Positions 42,217-52,465 are shown, counted from the first letter of the stretch. The stretch is 64,000 nt of DNA from an uncultured Rivularia sp. (GCA_963665115.1 OY762007.1:1280001-1344000); one strand, 5' to 3'. The notes: generated by a model from the sequence alone, not told the origin. Numbers and translations are program-made.

Positions 42217-43947
42217 ATGCAAATATCAAAAATAACGGCAATGTTGATGTTGGGAGTAGTTGTTTTTAGTTCCAAGGCTAATGCTACTGATTTATCTGCA
42301 ACGACTAAATTAAGATCGAAATCTGGATTAGAGTTAGCTCAAGCCAATTTAAAAGATGCAGAAAAATACTTTAATAGTGGCAATGAAAAGGGAATGCGAG
42401 GGGATTATCAAGGAGCAATCGCTGATTTTAACAAAGCTATACAAATTAATCCCAACAATGCCAATACCTACCATAATCGGGGTGTTGCTCATGCTTCATT
42501 AGAAGACTATCAAGGAGCAATAGCCGATCATACCAAAGCTATAGAAATCAATCCCAACTATGCTGATGCCTACTACGGCCGGGGTAATGCTCGTATTCAG
42601 TTAAAAGATTATCAAGGAGCCATTGCTGATTTCACTAAAGCTATACAAATTAATCCCAACCATGCCCTAGCCTACAATAATCGGGGTATTGCTCGTCGTC
42701 ATTTAAAAGATTATCAAGGAGCCATCGCCGATTACACTAAAGCTATAGAAATTAATCCCAACCATGCCCTAGCCTACACCAACCGGGGTAATGTTCGTAT
42801 TCAGTTAAAAGATTATCAAAGAGCGATCGCTGATTACACCAAAGCCATAGAAATTAATCCCCAATTAACCCAAGCCTTCTATAACCGGGGTATTGTTCGT
42901 AGTCAGTTAAAAGATTATCAAGGAGGGATTGCTGATTTCAACAAAGCCATAGAAATTAATCCCAACTATGCCGAAGCTTACGCCAACCGGGGTATTGTTC
43001 GTATTCAGTTAAAAGATTATCAAGGAGCCATCGCTGATTTCAACAAAGCTATACAAATTAATCCCAAGTTTGCTTTTGTTTATTACAACCGAGGTGATGC
43101 TCGTATTCAGTTAAAAGATTATCAAGAAGCGATTACCGATAACACTAAAGCTATACAAATTAATCCCAATTTTGCTGAAGCCTACCTCAACCGGGGTGTT
43201 GCTCGTACTGAGTTAAACGATAATCAAGGAGCGATTGCTGATTTCAACAAAGCTATAAAAATTAATCCCAACTATGCCGAAGCCTACTATAACCGGGGTA
43301 TTGTTCGTGGTCAGTTAAAAGATTATCAAGGAGGCATCGCTGATTCTACCAAAGCCATAGAAATTAATCCCAATTATGCCCAAGCCTACCTCAACCGGGG
43401 TATTGTTCGTGGTCAGTTAAAAGATTATCAAGGAGCAATCGCTGATTCTACCAAAGCCATAGAAATTAATCCTAATTATGCCGAAGCCTACCTCAACCGG
43501 GGTGTTGCTCGTGATCAGTTAAAAGATGATCAAGGAGCGATTGCTGATTTCAACAAAGCCATAGAAATTAATCCCAATTATGCCGAAGCCTACTATAACC
43601 GGGGTGTTGCTCGTGGTCAGTTAAAAGATTATCAAGGAGCAATTGCTGATTTCAACAAAGCCATAGAAATTAATCCCAATTATGCCGAAGCCTACCTCAA
43701 CCGGGGTATTGCTCGTAGTCAGTTAAAAGATTATCAAGGAGCGATTGCCGATTTCAACAAAGTTATACAAATTAATCCCAACGATGCCAATGCCTACCTC
43801 AACCGGGGTGTTGCTCGCGGATTTTCAGGAGACAAGCAAGGTACAATTGCAGATTTACAGAAAACTGTTCAACTGTATCAAAAACAAGGTAGACAAGCCG
43901 AAGCGCAAGAAGTACTTGAGTTAATTGCCAAAGTTAGAAGTCTGTAA
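42217..43947 (+). CDS. Secreted TPR repeat protein with about 15 near-identical 34-aa repeats
   Basis: 102-bp DNA repeats encoding AY.NRG..R.QLKDYQGAIADF.KAI.INP; signal peptide; capping helix. Confidence 0.92.
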   Translation: MQISKITAMLMLGVVVFSSKANATDLSATTKLRSKSGLELAQANLKDAEKYFNSGNEKGMRGDYQGAIADFNKAIQINPNNANTYHNRGVAHASLEDYQGAIADHTKAIEINPNYADAYYGRGNARIQLKDYQGAIADFTKAIQINPNHALAYNNRGIARRHLKDYQGAIADYTKAIEINPNHALAYTNRGNVRIQLKDYQRAIADYTKAIEINPQLTQAFYNRGIVRSQLKDYQGGIADFNKAIEINPNYAEAYANRGIVRIQLKDYQGAIADFNKAIQINPKFAFVYYNRGDARIQLKDYQEAITDNTKAIQINPNFAEAYLNRGVARTELNDNQGAIADFNKAIKINPNYAEAYYNRGIVRGQLKDYQGGIADSTKAIEINPNYAQAYLNRGIVRGQLKDYQGAIADSTKAIEINPNYAEAYLNRGVARDQLKDDQGAIADFNKAIEINPNYAEAYYNRGVARGQLKDYQGAIADFNKAIEINPNYAEAYLNRGIARSQLKDYQGAIADFNKVIQINPNDANAYLNRGVARGFSGDKQGTIADLQKTVQLYQKQGRQAEAQEVLELIAKVRSL

Positions 43948-44026
43948 AATCCTAAGACACAGTTTCTCTAGCGGTTAAAATCCTACAACTCTTGTGGGGT
44001 GGGCATCCCTGTCCGCCCAATTATCC

Positions 44027-45853
44027 TCAAACCGCATCACTCACAACTCTCAACCCAATAAAAACATCCCGCAAACTCGATTCACCTTTATACCGCAACG
44101 CACTACGACAAAACCGAGGTACGTTAAACCAAGAGCCACCGCGCATGACTCGCAAATTATGATCTCCCCCGTCGTGCCAAACTCTACCGTCATTCGGAGC
44201 ATCATAATAATTATCGTGCCAGGAATCGGCGCACCATTCCCACACGTTACCGTGCATATCGTACAATCCAAAGGCGTTAGGAGGAAATTTACCCACGGGA
44301 GTTGTACCTTGACGATATTTTCCTTTGGGTGCTAATCCATAGGTATAGTTACCGTCGTGGTTTACCAAATCCGAAGTGATGGTATCTCCGAAATGAAAAG
44401 GTGTAATTGTGTTACCGCGACAAGCATATTCCCATTCTGCTTCGCTGGGTAAACGGTACTGTCTTCCGGAATATTTGGACAAACGAGCGCAAAATTCCAA
44501 CGCTTCATTCCAAGATATTTGCTCTACCGGACGCGAATCTCCTTTAAAATAAGATGGCTCTGGATTTAACGAACGATTAATTTGAGGAAGTTTGGCTACT
44601 GTTAACCAAATAGCCTGAGTAATTGCAAACTTACTCATAAATAAAGGCTTGATAGTTACAAAATGCTGCGGATGTTCGCTATCATAACCTTGAAATTCCG
44701 GCGAACCCATCATAAATGTGCCGCCGCAAAGGTATACCATATCTAGGTTTGCGCCGTTCTCTAATTCCTCGACAAAATACTCTGCTTGATGGCGATCGCA
44801 GTTGACAACTTTCGCATATTTATCTACGGTAATTGTCTCAAATTGAAAGCCTCGTTGCGAATAAAGGTTATCTTTTTCGGTAAATAAAGAAACAGAATTC
44901 TTATTTAGAATAGGAGCATGAGTGGAATCATATAAAGTATCTTTCACATCCGTAAGTACATCGGCAGCAGATTGATATCTTTCCCGCACAAAATGCTTGA
45001 GTAACTTATTCAGAATTCGCGTCAGCTTATGACTGATAGTAAAGCCATTACTTGCCAAATATTCACGCCACAACCATTTTCCATTAATTGGATCGTAAAT
45101 TGGATCGTAAAGATTTCCAGAATCATCTTGCTTCACCAAACAGCCAGTTAACAACCGCACGCAAGTAGCACCCAAAGCGTATAAATCGCTGGCAGCACAA
45201 GCATAACCCGCCATTTGTTCGGCAGCAGCATAACCTAGAGTATAAATTCCCGTGCCTTTCTGAGCTAAATTATTTTGCGTAACTTGTTTAGCACCACCAA
45301 AGTCAATCAAAACCAACTTACCATCACCAATCCGACGAATAATATTTTCGGGTTTAATATCGCGATGAATTACCTGACGTTGATGGATAAATTCTAAAAC
45401 CGGAAGTAAATCGGTTAAAACTTGCCAAATTTCAGTTTCATTAAAGGGTTGTCTGAGTAACTGTTGATGTAAATTATCCCCATCAATAAATTCCTGTACC
45501 AAATACATACAGGTACCTTGTTCAAAGTAAGCCACCAAGCGGGGAATTTGCGAATGATTTTCCCCCAAATCAAACAAGCGCTTAGCTTCCTGACGAAACA
45601 ATTGCGCTGCTTTAGCACGGGCTGTAGTTCCCTGAGATTCCCTGATAAACTGCTTTACAACGCAAACAGCATCAAGTCTATCCAAATCTTGCGCTTCATA
45701 AGTTCTACCAAAACCACCCGTACCCAATAACCTTTTGACACGGTAACGGTTTCTTAATAAGTCGCCAAAATTATCGGCACCACAACCAACACAAAACCGA
45801 TTACCAATTGAATTAAAAGGATTAGAACAGTTAGGATTCTGGCAGATTTTCAT
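44027..45853 (-). CDS. Ser/Thr protein kinase with Zn-ribbon and C-terminal FGE-sulfatase (C-type lectin fold) domain
   Basis: CQNPNC...C..CG; LGTGGFG, HRDIKPEN, DFG; F.MGS, YRLPSEAEWEYACR, DMHGNVWEWC, RGGSW, GLRVV; ATG 45853 preferred. Confidence 0.9.
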   Translation of the reverse strand: MKICQNPNCSNPFNSIGNRFCVGCGADNFGDLLRNRYRVKRLLGTGGFGRTYEAQDLDRLDAVCVVKQFIRESQGTTARAKAAQLFRQEAKRLFDLGENHSQIPRLVAYFEQGTCMYLVQEFIDGDNLHQQLLRQPFNETEIWQVLTDLLPVLEFIHQRQVIHRDIKPENIIRRIGDGKLVLIDFGGAKQVTQNNLAQKGTGIYTLGYAAAEQMAGYACAASDLYALGATCVRLLTGCLVKQDDSGNLYDPIYDPINGKWLWREYLASNGFTISHKLTRILNKLLKHFVRERYQSAADVLTDVKDTLYDSTHAPILNKNSVSLFTEKDNLYSQRGFQFETITVDKYAKVVNCDRHQAEYFVEELENGANLDMVYLCGGTFMMGSPEFQGYDSEHPQHFVTIKPLFMSKFAITQAIWLTVAKLPQINRSLNPEPSYFKGDSRPVEQISWNEALEFCARLSKYSGRQYRLPSEAEWEYACRGNTITPFHFGDTITSDLVNHDGNYTYGLAPKGKYRQGTTPVGKFPPNAFGLYDMHGNVWEWCADSWHDNYYDAPNDGRVWHDGGDHNLRVMRGGSWFNVPRFCRSALRYKGESSLRDVFIGLRVVSDAV

Positions 45854-46477
45854 AATTATAAGTCTACAGCTTTCTAACTTACCCAAAGTTAACTTAAGTT
45901 TCAGGATATTAGACAATATTTTTTAATCCCTAAAGTTGCTTTTTAGAGGATATTTTAAAAGTTATAACCCGCGCAGGCAGGTTTTGTTAATGTAGCCAAG
46001 GCAGCGCGTTGCTTTGGAACAAGCTTGTAGCCACTGCCGCGCGAATTATAGTCCCCAGGTACAATTTTTTAATAATTTCCGATCTCACAAATAATGATGG
46101 GTAGATACAAATATTACAAAGAATAAATGTGAGATTTTAACTACCTTTTAGGTATTAGAAAATACACTGAAAACAGCTTCATCTTTTTGTAAATGAATAT
46201 GAGTATTTTCAGCATATCGAAAGGTTACTTCAAGCGGCTATTTTTGTCAAGCGACTACTAACAGCCTAACGTTAGGGTGTGTTGTGGCTTTAGAAATACC
46301 GCACGATTTGATAAGTTTATTTAAAGATTATTAATTGAAAAACATTATTTTACATCCAATCAAAAATGATACAAGATGTTATTTGATAGCTAAACATAAT
46401 CAAAAAACAAAATAAAACTGTTCAATTATAGGATAATAATTAAAATATCAAAATTTCCAGACAATTTGGAGAAAGTT

Positions 46478-46539
46478 GTGAGCCAGTTGCGGTGGACGGG
46501 TTCCCCGGCATAAGCAAACTGGCGAACCCGGAGGGTGAG
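46478..46539. mobile_element. 57-bp SDR-like insertion at the rpn start codon
   Basis: GTGAG duplicated at 46478-46482 and 46535-46539 around a GC-rich hairpin GCCAGTTGC...GCAAACTGGC. Confidence 0.7.
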
Positions 46540-47380
46540 AAGAGATGCGATTTTTTATACAATTTTTCAACGTTCGCCAGAATTAATTTTTGAATTTATA
46601 GAACCAAGAATTACCAGTGCAACAAATTATCGTTTTGAATCAGTAGAAGTAAAAGAACCAACCTTCAGAATTGACGGCGTATTTTTACCGCCACAAGATG
46701 CTTCATTTCGCGTTGTTATTTTTGCTGAAGTGCAGTTTCAAACAGATGAATTGTTATACCATCGTTTTTTCGCAGAATCTCAACTTTATATGTACCGCAA
46801 CGCTTTATTACAGGATGATTGGTACGGTGTAATTATTTTCCCCAGCCGTAATTTAGAACCAAAAAATACAACAATTCATCAACCACAACTTGAGAGCGAT
46901 AAAGTTAGACGAATTTATTTAGATGAATTAGATAATTCTGCCGAGCAAAGTATAGGCATAAGTTTGATGCAGTTAACCATTGCTTCAGAAAACCAACTCG
47001 TAGAATCAGCCAAACGTTTAATCGAGAGAGTGAAGCTCGAAGAAACCAGCATTCTTCCTCAGAAGAACTTGTTAGATATAATAACGACAATAGCAGTTTA
47101 CAAATTTTCCAACTTGAGTAGGGAAGAAGTGGAAGCGATGTTAGGAATTAAATTGGAAGAAACAAGGGTTTATCGAGAAGCGAAAGAGGAAGGAAGAGAA
47201 GAAGGTATACAACGAGGAAGAGAAGAAGGTAAACAGGAAGGAAGATTAGAAGGTAAACAGGAAGTGAAATTAGAACTTGTACCGGCAATGTTAGCCCGTG
47301 GTATGAGCGTTGCAGAGGTTTCCGAGTTGTTGGGTTTAACTGAGGAACAAGTAAATCAAGCTGCTGGGAATGAGTCTTAA
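46535..47380 (+). CDS. Rpn family recombination-promoting nuclease (DUF2887-like PD-(D/E)XK)
   Basis: F.SVEVKE..FRIDGVF, FAEVQFQ, YLDEL, C-terminal EEGREEG repeats plus HTH-like tail. Confidence 0.88.
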   Translation: MRRDAIFYTIFQRSPELIFEFIEPRITSATNYRFESVEVKEPTFRIDGVFLPPQDASFRVVIFAEVQFQTDELLYHRFFAESQLYMYRNALLQDDWYGVIIFPSRNLEPKNTTIHQPQLESDKVRRIYLDELDNSAEQSIGISLMQLTIASENQLVESAKRLIERVKLEETSILPQKNLLDIITTIAVYKFSNLSREEVEAMLGIKLEETRVYREAKEEGREEGIQRGREEGKQEGRLEGKQEVKLELVPAMLARGMSVAEVSELLGLTEEQVNQAAGNES

Positions 47381-47448
47381 GAATTACCGAATATTTTAGG
47401 TGTTAAACTTAGCCCACGCAGGTGGGCTTTGTTTGTGTAGCCCCAGAC

Positions 47449-48654
47449 TTACAGTCTGAGGGTATTAATTTCAACCAATTCTAATATCCGATGCGCCATT
47501 TCCAATTTAGAACACATCGGAATCTCAACTTCCTTACCTTTCCTATCTATATATATAGCTTTATTCGTATCGCTACCAAATCCACTATTAATTTCATCAA
47601 TCGGATTAGCAACAATTGCGTCTAAATTTTTCCTTTGCAACTTCTCTCTCGCTGGAGTCACAATATCGCCAGTTTGAGCCGCAAAACCAATCAATTTCTG
47701 ATTCTCACGCTTACAACTCGCTAATTCAGCAATAATATCTCCCACATTCTCCAAAGGTAAAGATTCTGGAAGCGCCTTTTTGGGTAACTTTTGCCAACTA
47801 TATTCTCTCGGCTTCACATCCGCAACAGCCGCCGACATGATAATGACATCAGCATCTGGCATACACTGCAACATTTGCAAACGCATTTCCGATGCAGTAT
47901 CTACGGTTATGCCTTTTACGCCTAAAGGAAAATCCCAACTTGCCGCACCGCTTACCAAAGTCACATCCGCACCGCGATGCAAAGCCGCACGCGCTAAAGC
48001 CAATCCCATTTTACCTGTAGCTGGATTGCCGATAAACCTTACCGGATCTAAATATTCTCGCGTACCTCCAGCACTAATTAAAACCTTTTTACCAGAAAAA
48101 TCTCGCTTTCCGTTAGTTTGCAACAACGACTGTACGTGACTAACAATTTCTGGAGCTTCAGCCATTCTTCCCGCACCAACTCTATCGCAGGCTAATAAAC
48201 CTGATGCAGTATCTAAAGTATGAAAACGACTCAAAGTTAAAATTTTCTGCCAATTCTGTTTTACCGTTTCCTGCTCCCACATATCAGTATTCATCGCCGG
48301 GGCAAGCAAAATCGGACAAGTAGAAGCTAAAACGGTATTTAATAAAAGATTGTCAGCCATTCCATAAGCTAACTTAGCCAAAGTATTCGCCGTCAGGGGA
48401 GCAATTAAAAAAATATCCGCCCATTCTGCCAACTCGATATGTAAAGGGCGAGAATTGCTAGAATGCCAAAAATTCTCGTCAGTATAGGCAGACTGACGAG
48501 AAAGAGTAGAAAAAGTTAAAGGGGTGATAAAGTGTTGTGCGGAATTGGTGAGAATTGTCCGTACTTCCACCCCAGATTTAAATAAAGTAGAAACGACTTC
48601 ACAAACCTTATAAGCAGCGATACCGCCACCAACACCAATCAACACCCTTTTCAT
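47449..48654 (-). CDS. coaBC: Phosphopantothenoylcysteine decarboxylase/ligase
   Basis: GGIAAYK, APAMN, LACD..G.GRM, GGTRE.LDPVRFI.N..TGKMG, AAVAD, GFAAQT. Confidence 0.95.
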   Translation of the reverse strand: MKRVLIGVGGGIAAYKVCEVVSTLFKSGVEVRTILTNSAQHFITPLTFSTLSRQSAYTDENFWHSSNSRPLHIELAEWADIFLIAPLTANTLAKLAYGMADNLLLNTVLASTCPILLAPAMNTDMWEQETVKQNWQKILTLSRFHTLDTASGLLACDRVGAGRMAEAPEIVSHVQSLLQTNGKRDFSGKKVLISAGGTREYLDPVRFIGNPATGKMGLALARAALHRGADVTLVSGAASWDFPLGVKGITVDTASEMRLQMLQCMPDADVIIMSAAVADVKPREYSWQKLPKKALPESLPLENVGDIIAELASCKRENQKLIGFAAQTGDIVTPAREKLQRKNLDAIVANPIDEINSGFGSDTNKAIYIDRKGKEVEIPMCSKLEMAHRILELVEINTLRL

Positions 48655-48845
48655 TTATCAATTACCAATTATCAATTAACAATCATCAGTCTCTCACAAG
48701 TAAGCTTTTTGTTACCAAAAGCATGACTCAAAAACGTCTACATTGTTTTTCGATCGAATATCCCTACTAGATAAAGGTTGAAAAACGCATTAATTGAGAG
48801 TTTATTGTATCAATTGATAATTGTTCATTGATAATTGATAACCGA

Positions 48846-49058
48846 TTAAGCTTCATCGTAGGCTTCCAAATCCAAAAGGTGGATGTAGGATTCTACTAAT
48901 TCGGGACGTTGAAACGCGATCGCACGCAGTAAATGCCAATCATCTAAACCTTCAAAGGCATTACTGTAGTTGTCTTGTTCCAAGCGTGTCGCCAATTTAT
49001 CCACCTCTTGTTCAGTCATGGTGTCAATATCGGTTTTAGAAATGGTCAAAGTCTTCAT
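48846..49058 (-). CDS. DUF2555 family protein (IsiD-like)
   Basis: LATRLEQDNYSNAFEGLDDWHLLRAIAFQRPELV; ATG 49058 preferred. Confidence 0.8.
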   Translation of the reverse strand: MKTLTISKTDIDTMTEQEVDKLATRLEQDNYSNAFEGLDDWHLLRAIAFQRPELVESYIHLLDLEAYDEA

Positions 49059-49212
49059 TTTCAAGCCCCTCCCGTAAGTAGCAACACCATCCAGCATAGG
49101 TTTATTTGCGCTTAACGCATCCACCCAATCTATATTACTCATTCATAGACGCAAATTACGTGAATTTTCTTCCGGAATTTCACCATACTTTGTAAAGCTT
49201 TTGTAACCTTAA

Positions 49213-49848
49213 TTAGGTAAGGTTGCTGAGAACGAAAGTACGTGCGACATCCAGCATTTGAGAACTAATTTGATGTCCTCCATCAAATTCACGATATTCT
49301 AAAGAAACTGCTTGTAATTCTAATGCATCCCGTGCTTTTTGAGCAGCTTGCAAAGGCACAACTTGATCTTGTTTTCCATGCATAATTAACACTGGCGGTA
49401 GAAAATTATTCGCCGGAGCTTCAAGATTTTGGATATCTGAATGTAAATACCCACTCATAGAAATTAAACCTGCAAAGGGCAACTTTAATCCTACATCTAA
49501 AGTCATTGCCCCTCCTTGAGAAAAACCACTTAAAATTGTTTGCTTTAAGGGTATGCCAGTAGTATTTTCTAAAGATTGTAACCAGTTAATTAGCAATTCC
49601 CGGCTTTCGGTTAAACCTTCATACATATTATCCCGACTCAGTTCATACCATGCTCTACCTATGGGTGAATGAGGATGAGGAAAAGGTGCATTAGGTAATA
49701 CAAAATGATATCCTGACAACTGTAAAAAAGGTACTATCGATGCCACATCTTCAGCATTTGCACCCCAACCATGCAAGATAACGATTAATCCTTTTTTAGT
49801 TTCCCCATTATTTGGTGGTACGTCAATAAAATCCAAAGCCTTAGCCAT
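49213..49848 (-). CDS. Alpha/beta hydrolase (carboxylesterase/phospholipase)
   Basis: LHGWG, GFSQGG, HG.QD.VVP, GGH; ATG 49848 preferred. Confidence 0.88.
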   Translation of the reverse strand: MAKALDFIDVPPNNGETKKGLIVILHGWGANAEDVASIVPFLQLSGYHFVLPNAPFPHPHSPIGRAWYELSRDNMYEGLTESRELLINWLQSLENTTGIPLKQTILSGFSQGGAMTLDVGLKLPFAGLISMSGYLHSDIQNLEAPANNFLPPVLIMHGKQDQVVPLQAAQKARDALELQAVSLEYREFDGGHQISSQMLDVARTFVLSNLT

Positions 49849-50245
49849 CAGTGAATATGAAGAAATCCGGTTTGCAATAATAATATTACTGTAATTGGGG
49901 ATTGGGCATAGGGGATTGGGCATTGGGCATTGGGAATAGCGAGTAGTGAGTAGCCAACATATTCATATCTTGCGCCAATTTCAGAAACCCGGTTTCTTGT
50001 AGGTTGCACAACTACATCGTAATGTTTTTACCAAAAGAAACCGTGTTTCTTTTGGTTTGTTGAATAATTAATATTGTTTATTATTCCCAATACCCCATTA
50101 CCAATTACCAATTACCCATTCCCAATACCCAATCCCCAATGCCCCATGCCCTATTCCCAAAAAATTACTATTTTTAAGTGCCTGCTTAGTCTTAAAATAT
50201 TCTTTTCCCAACTAATTAATTAAGATTCTAGGAAAGTTATAAATT

Positions 50246-51784
50246 ATGGCGCGTCTAGCCCTGCTGAGTGTATCGAATAAAACAGGTTTAGTTGAACTTG
50301 CTCGAAGTTTGCAAGAGGAGTTTAACTTTGAATTTATCAGCAGTGGAGGCACCGCAAAAGTTTTACAAGCAGCCGGATTGACTGTTACCAAAGTTGCCGA
50401 TTATACGGGTTCGCCAGAAATTTTGGGTGGACGAGTAAAGACTCTACATCCGCGAATTCACGGCGGTATTTTAGCCAGACGAGATAATTCTCAAGATGTA
50501 GCGGATTTAGAAGAGAATCAAATTCGTCCCATAGATTTAGTAGTTGTAAATCTCTACCCTTTTGAAGAAACTATAGCCAAACCTGAAGTTACTTTACCAG
50601 AAGCCGTCGAACAAATTGATATCGGTGGCCCGGCAATGTTAAGAGCATCTGCAAAAAACTTTGCTCATCTTACAGTATTATGCAACCCGGCGCAGTATGA
50701 AGAATATTTACAGGAGTTGCGTCAAAATAAAGGTGAAGCTTCTTTAGAATTTCGCCAAAAGGCTGCTTTAAAAGGATTTTTGCATACTTCTGAATATGAC
50801 CAAGCAATCTCATCTTATTTAAGCAATCAAGTTTCCGAGGATCGAGAAGCTCCCCAACAATTCAGCCTTGCTGGTAAACAGGTACAATCCCTGCGTTACG
50901 GCGAAAACCCCCATCAAAGCGCTGCTTGGTACCAAACGGGTGCTAGCGGATGGGCTGCTGCAACTAAGTTACAAGGAAAGGAACTGAGCTACAACAACTT
51001 AGTCGATTTGGAAGCAGCCAGACGCATCATCACTGAGTTTACCGACAATCCCGCAGCAGTAGTCCTCAAACACACCAATCCCTGCGGCGTTGCTTTAGGG
51101 AATACTTTAGTAGAAGCTTATCAAAAAGCCTTCAATGCCGATTCAATGTCCGCTTTTGGGGGAATTGTCGCTTTAAATCAACCAATCGATGCTGCAACCG
51201 CAACCGAATTAACAAAAACATTTTTAGAATGCGTAGTTGCACCCGGTTGTGAAGATGATGCAAAGGAAATTATCGCTGCTAAATCCAAACTGCGAGTATT
51301 AATACTGCCAGATTTACAAAGCGGGGCTAAAGAAACTATCAAGGTAATTGCAGGTGGATTTCTGATGCAGGCAGCCGATGACTTTTTAGCCGACAGCAAT
51401 AAATGGCAAATAGTCACCGACAAAAAACCCACCCAAAAAGAAATAGAAGAATTATTGTTTGCTTGGAAAGTTTGCAAACACGTCAAATCCAACGCCATTG
51501 TAGTTAGCAAAGAACTTACCACCTTGGGAGTTGGCGCGGGACAAATGAACCGAGTCGGAGCCGTAAAAATCGCCTTAGAGCAAGCTGAAGAGAAAGCGAA
51601 AGGCGGATTTCTGGCTAGCGACGGATTTTTCCCCTTTGATGACTCAGTTAAAACAGCAGCCAGCGCGGGAATTACTGGAATTATTCAACCGGGTGGAAGC
51701 CTGCGCGATAAAGATTCGATCGAGGCAGCCAACGAACTAGGCTTAACAATGGTATTAACCGGCAATAGGCATTTTTTGCACTAA
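50246..51784 (+). CDS. purH: Bifunctional AICAR transformylase/IMP cyclohydrolase
   Basis: ALLSVSNK, GRVKTLHP, IDIGGP, LRYGENPHQ, KHTNPCG, IIQPGGS, RHFLH. Confidence 0.97.
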   Translation: MARLALLSVSNKTGLVELARSLQEEFNFEFISSGGTAKVLQAAGLTVTKVADYTGSPEILGGRVKTLHPRIHGGILARRDNSQDVADLEENQIRPIDLVVVNLYPFEETIAKPEVTLPEAVEQIDIGGPAMLRASAKNFAHLTVLCNPAQYEEYLQELRQNKGEASLEFRQKAALKGFLHTSEYDQAISSYLSNQVSEDREAPQQFSLAGKQVQSLRYGENPHQSAAWYQTGASGWAAATKLQGKELSYNNLVDLEAARRIITEFTDNPAAVVLKHTNPCGVALGNTLVEAYQKAFNADSMSAFGGIVALNQPIDAATATELTKTFLECVVAPGCEDDAKEIIAAKSKLRVLILPDLQSGAKETIKVIAGGFLMQAADDFLADSNKWQIVTDKKPTQKEIEELLFAWKVCKHVKSNAIVVSKELTTLGVGAGQMNRVGAVKIALEQAEEKAKGGFLASDGFFPFDDSVKTAASAGITGIIQPGGSLRDKDSIEAANELGLTMVLTGNRHFLH

Positions 51785-51868
51785 AATTATACCACAAAAA
51801 TTACTGAAATTTACAAAATGTAGTCTAAAATGCTTTTCATTTCATAAAACTAGTGCTAACCTATATTT

Positions 51869-51942
51869 GTGTGTGTGAGGAGCAAAGTGAAAAGCGCTTG
51901 GGGTGGAAACACGGCAACACTCCCGAGTGCTTTTTGCTTTTT
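51869..51942 (+). ncRNA. yfr2: Yfr2 family ncRNA, copy 1
   Basis: 5' GTGTGAGGAG, loop GGAAACACGGCAACA in stem AAAAGCGCTTGGGG...CCCGAGTGCTTTT; extended -10 TGCTAACCT upstream. Confidence 0.8.
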
Positions 51943-52009
51943 AATTATTTAGTGGTTAGTTGAAAGAATTTTATTATTAGCATTGTAATAACCGCATACA
52001 AATTAGAAA

Positions 52010-52192
52010 GGGAGCATCCCAATTTCGCAAAAAGCCTACAGGCTAGAAGCCTGGGGCTAATACTACGAAGCCCACCTTCGTGGGCTAATAACTCTCGTCT
52101 CGTATCGTAGCCCAAGAAGTTGGGCTTTGTTTTTGTAGCCGCACCCTTACAGGGTGTCGGATAAAGTATTTATTCAAAATTGGGATGCTCCC
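52010..52192. mobile_element. MITE family D with 8-bp target duplication
   Basis: TIRs GGGAGCATCCCAATTT / AAATTGGGATGCTCCC; ATTAGAAA at 52002-52009 and 52193-52200. Confidence 0.88.
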
Positions 52193-52387
52193 ATTAGAAA
52201 TGATGAGAATTCAAGATATTGATCAACCTGGTTTTTCCAGAAAACCAGGTTTTTTAATTTGCATAAATAATTCCAAAATCTCTACTCTACCTGAAAAATT
52301 TCCGCTTTTAACTGGTCAACACGTTCAATTTACAAACTGTCACGTAAAATACTTGTGCATTATTAAAAGTAGTGCTAACCTATGGTT

Positions 52388-52465
52388 GTGTGTGAGGAGC
52401 AAGTGATAAACAGAAAGCGTTTGGGGTGGAAACACGGCAACACTCCCGAACGCTTTTTGTCTTTT
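52388..52465 (+). ncRNA. yfr2: Yfr2 family ncRNA, copy 2
   Basis: Same 5' motif, loop and TAGTGCTAACCTAT promoter; stem AAAGCGTTTGGGG...CCCGAACGCTTT with compensatory changes. Confidence 0.8.

Noticed and set aside
42217..43947. DGR template/variable repeat pair among TPR repeats
   Set aside because: All repeats are in-frame coding units, differences are not adenine-specific and no RT is present
46535..47380. Rpn as an IS transposase
   Set aside because: No terminal repeats or TSD around the gene; the family is a PD-(D/E)XK nuclease
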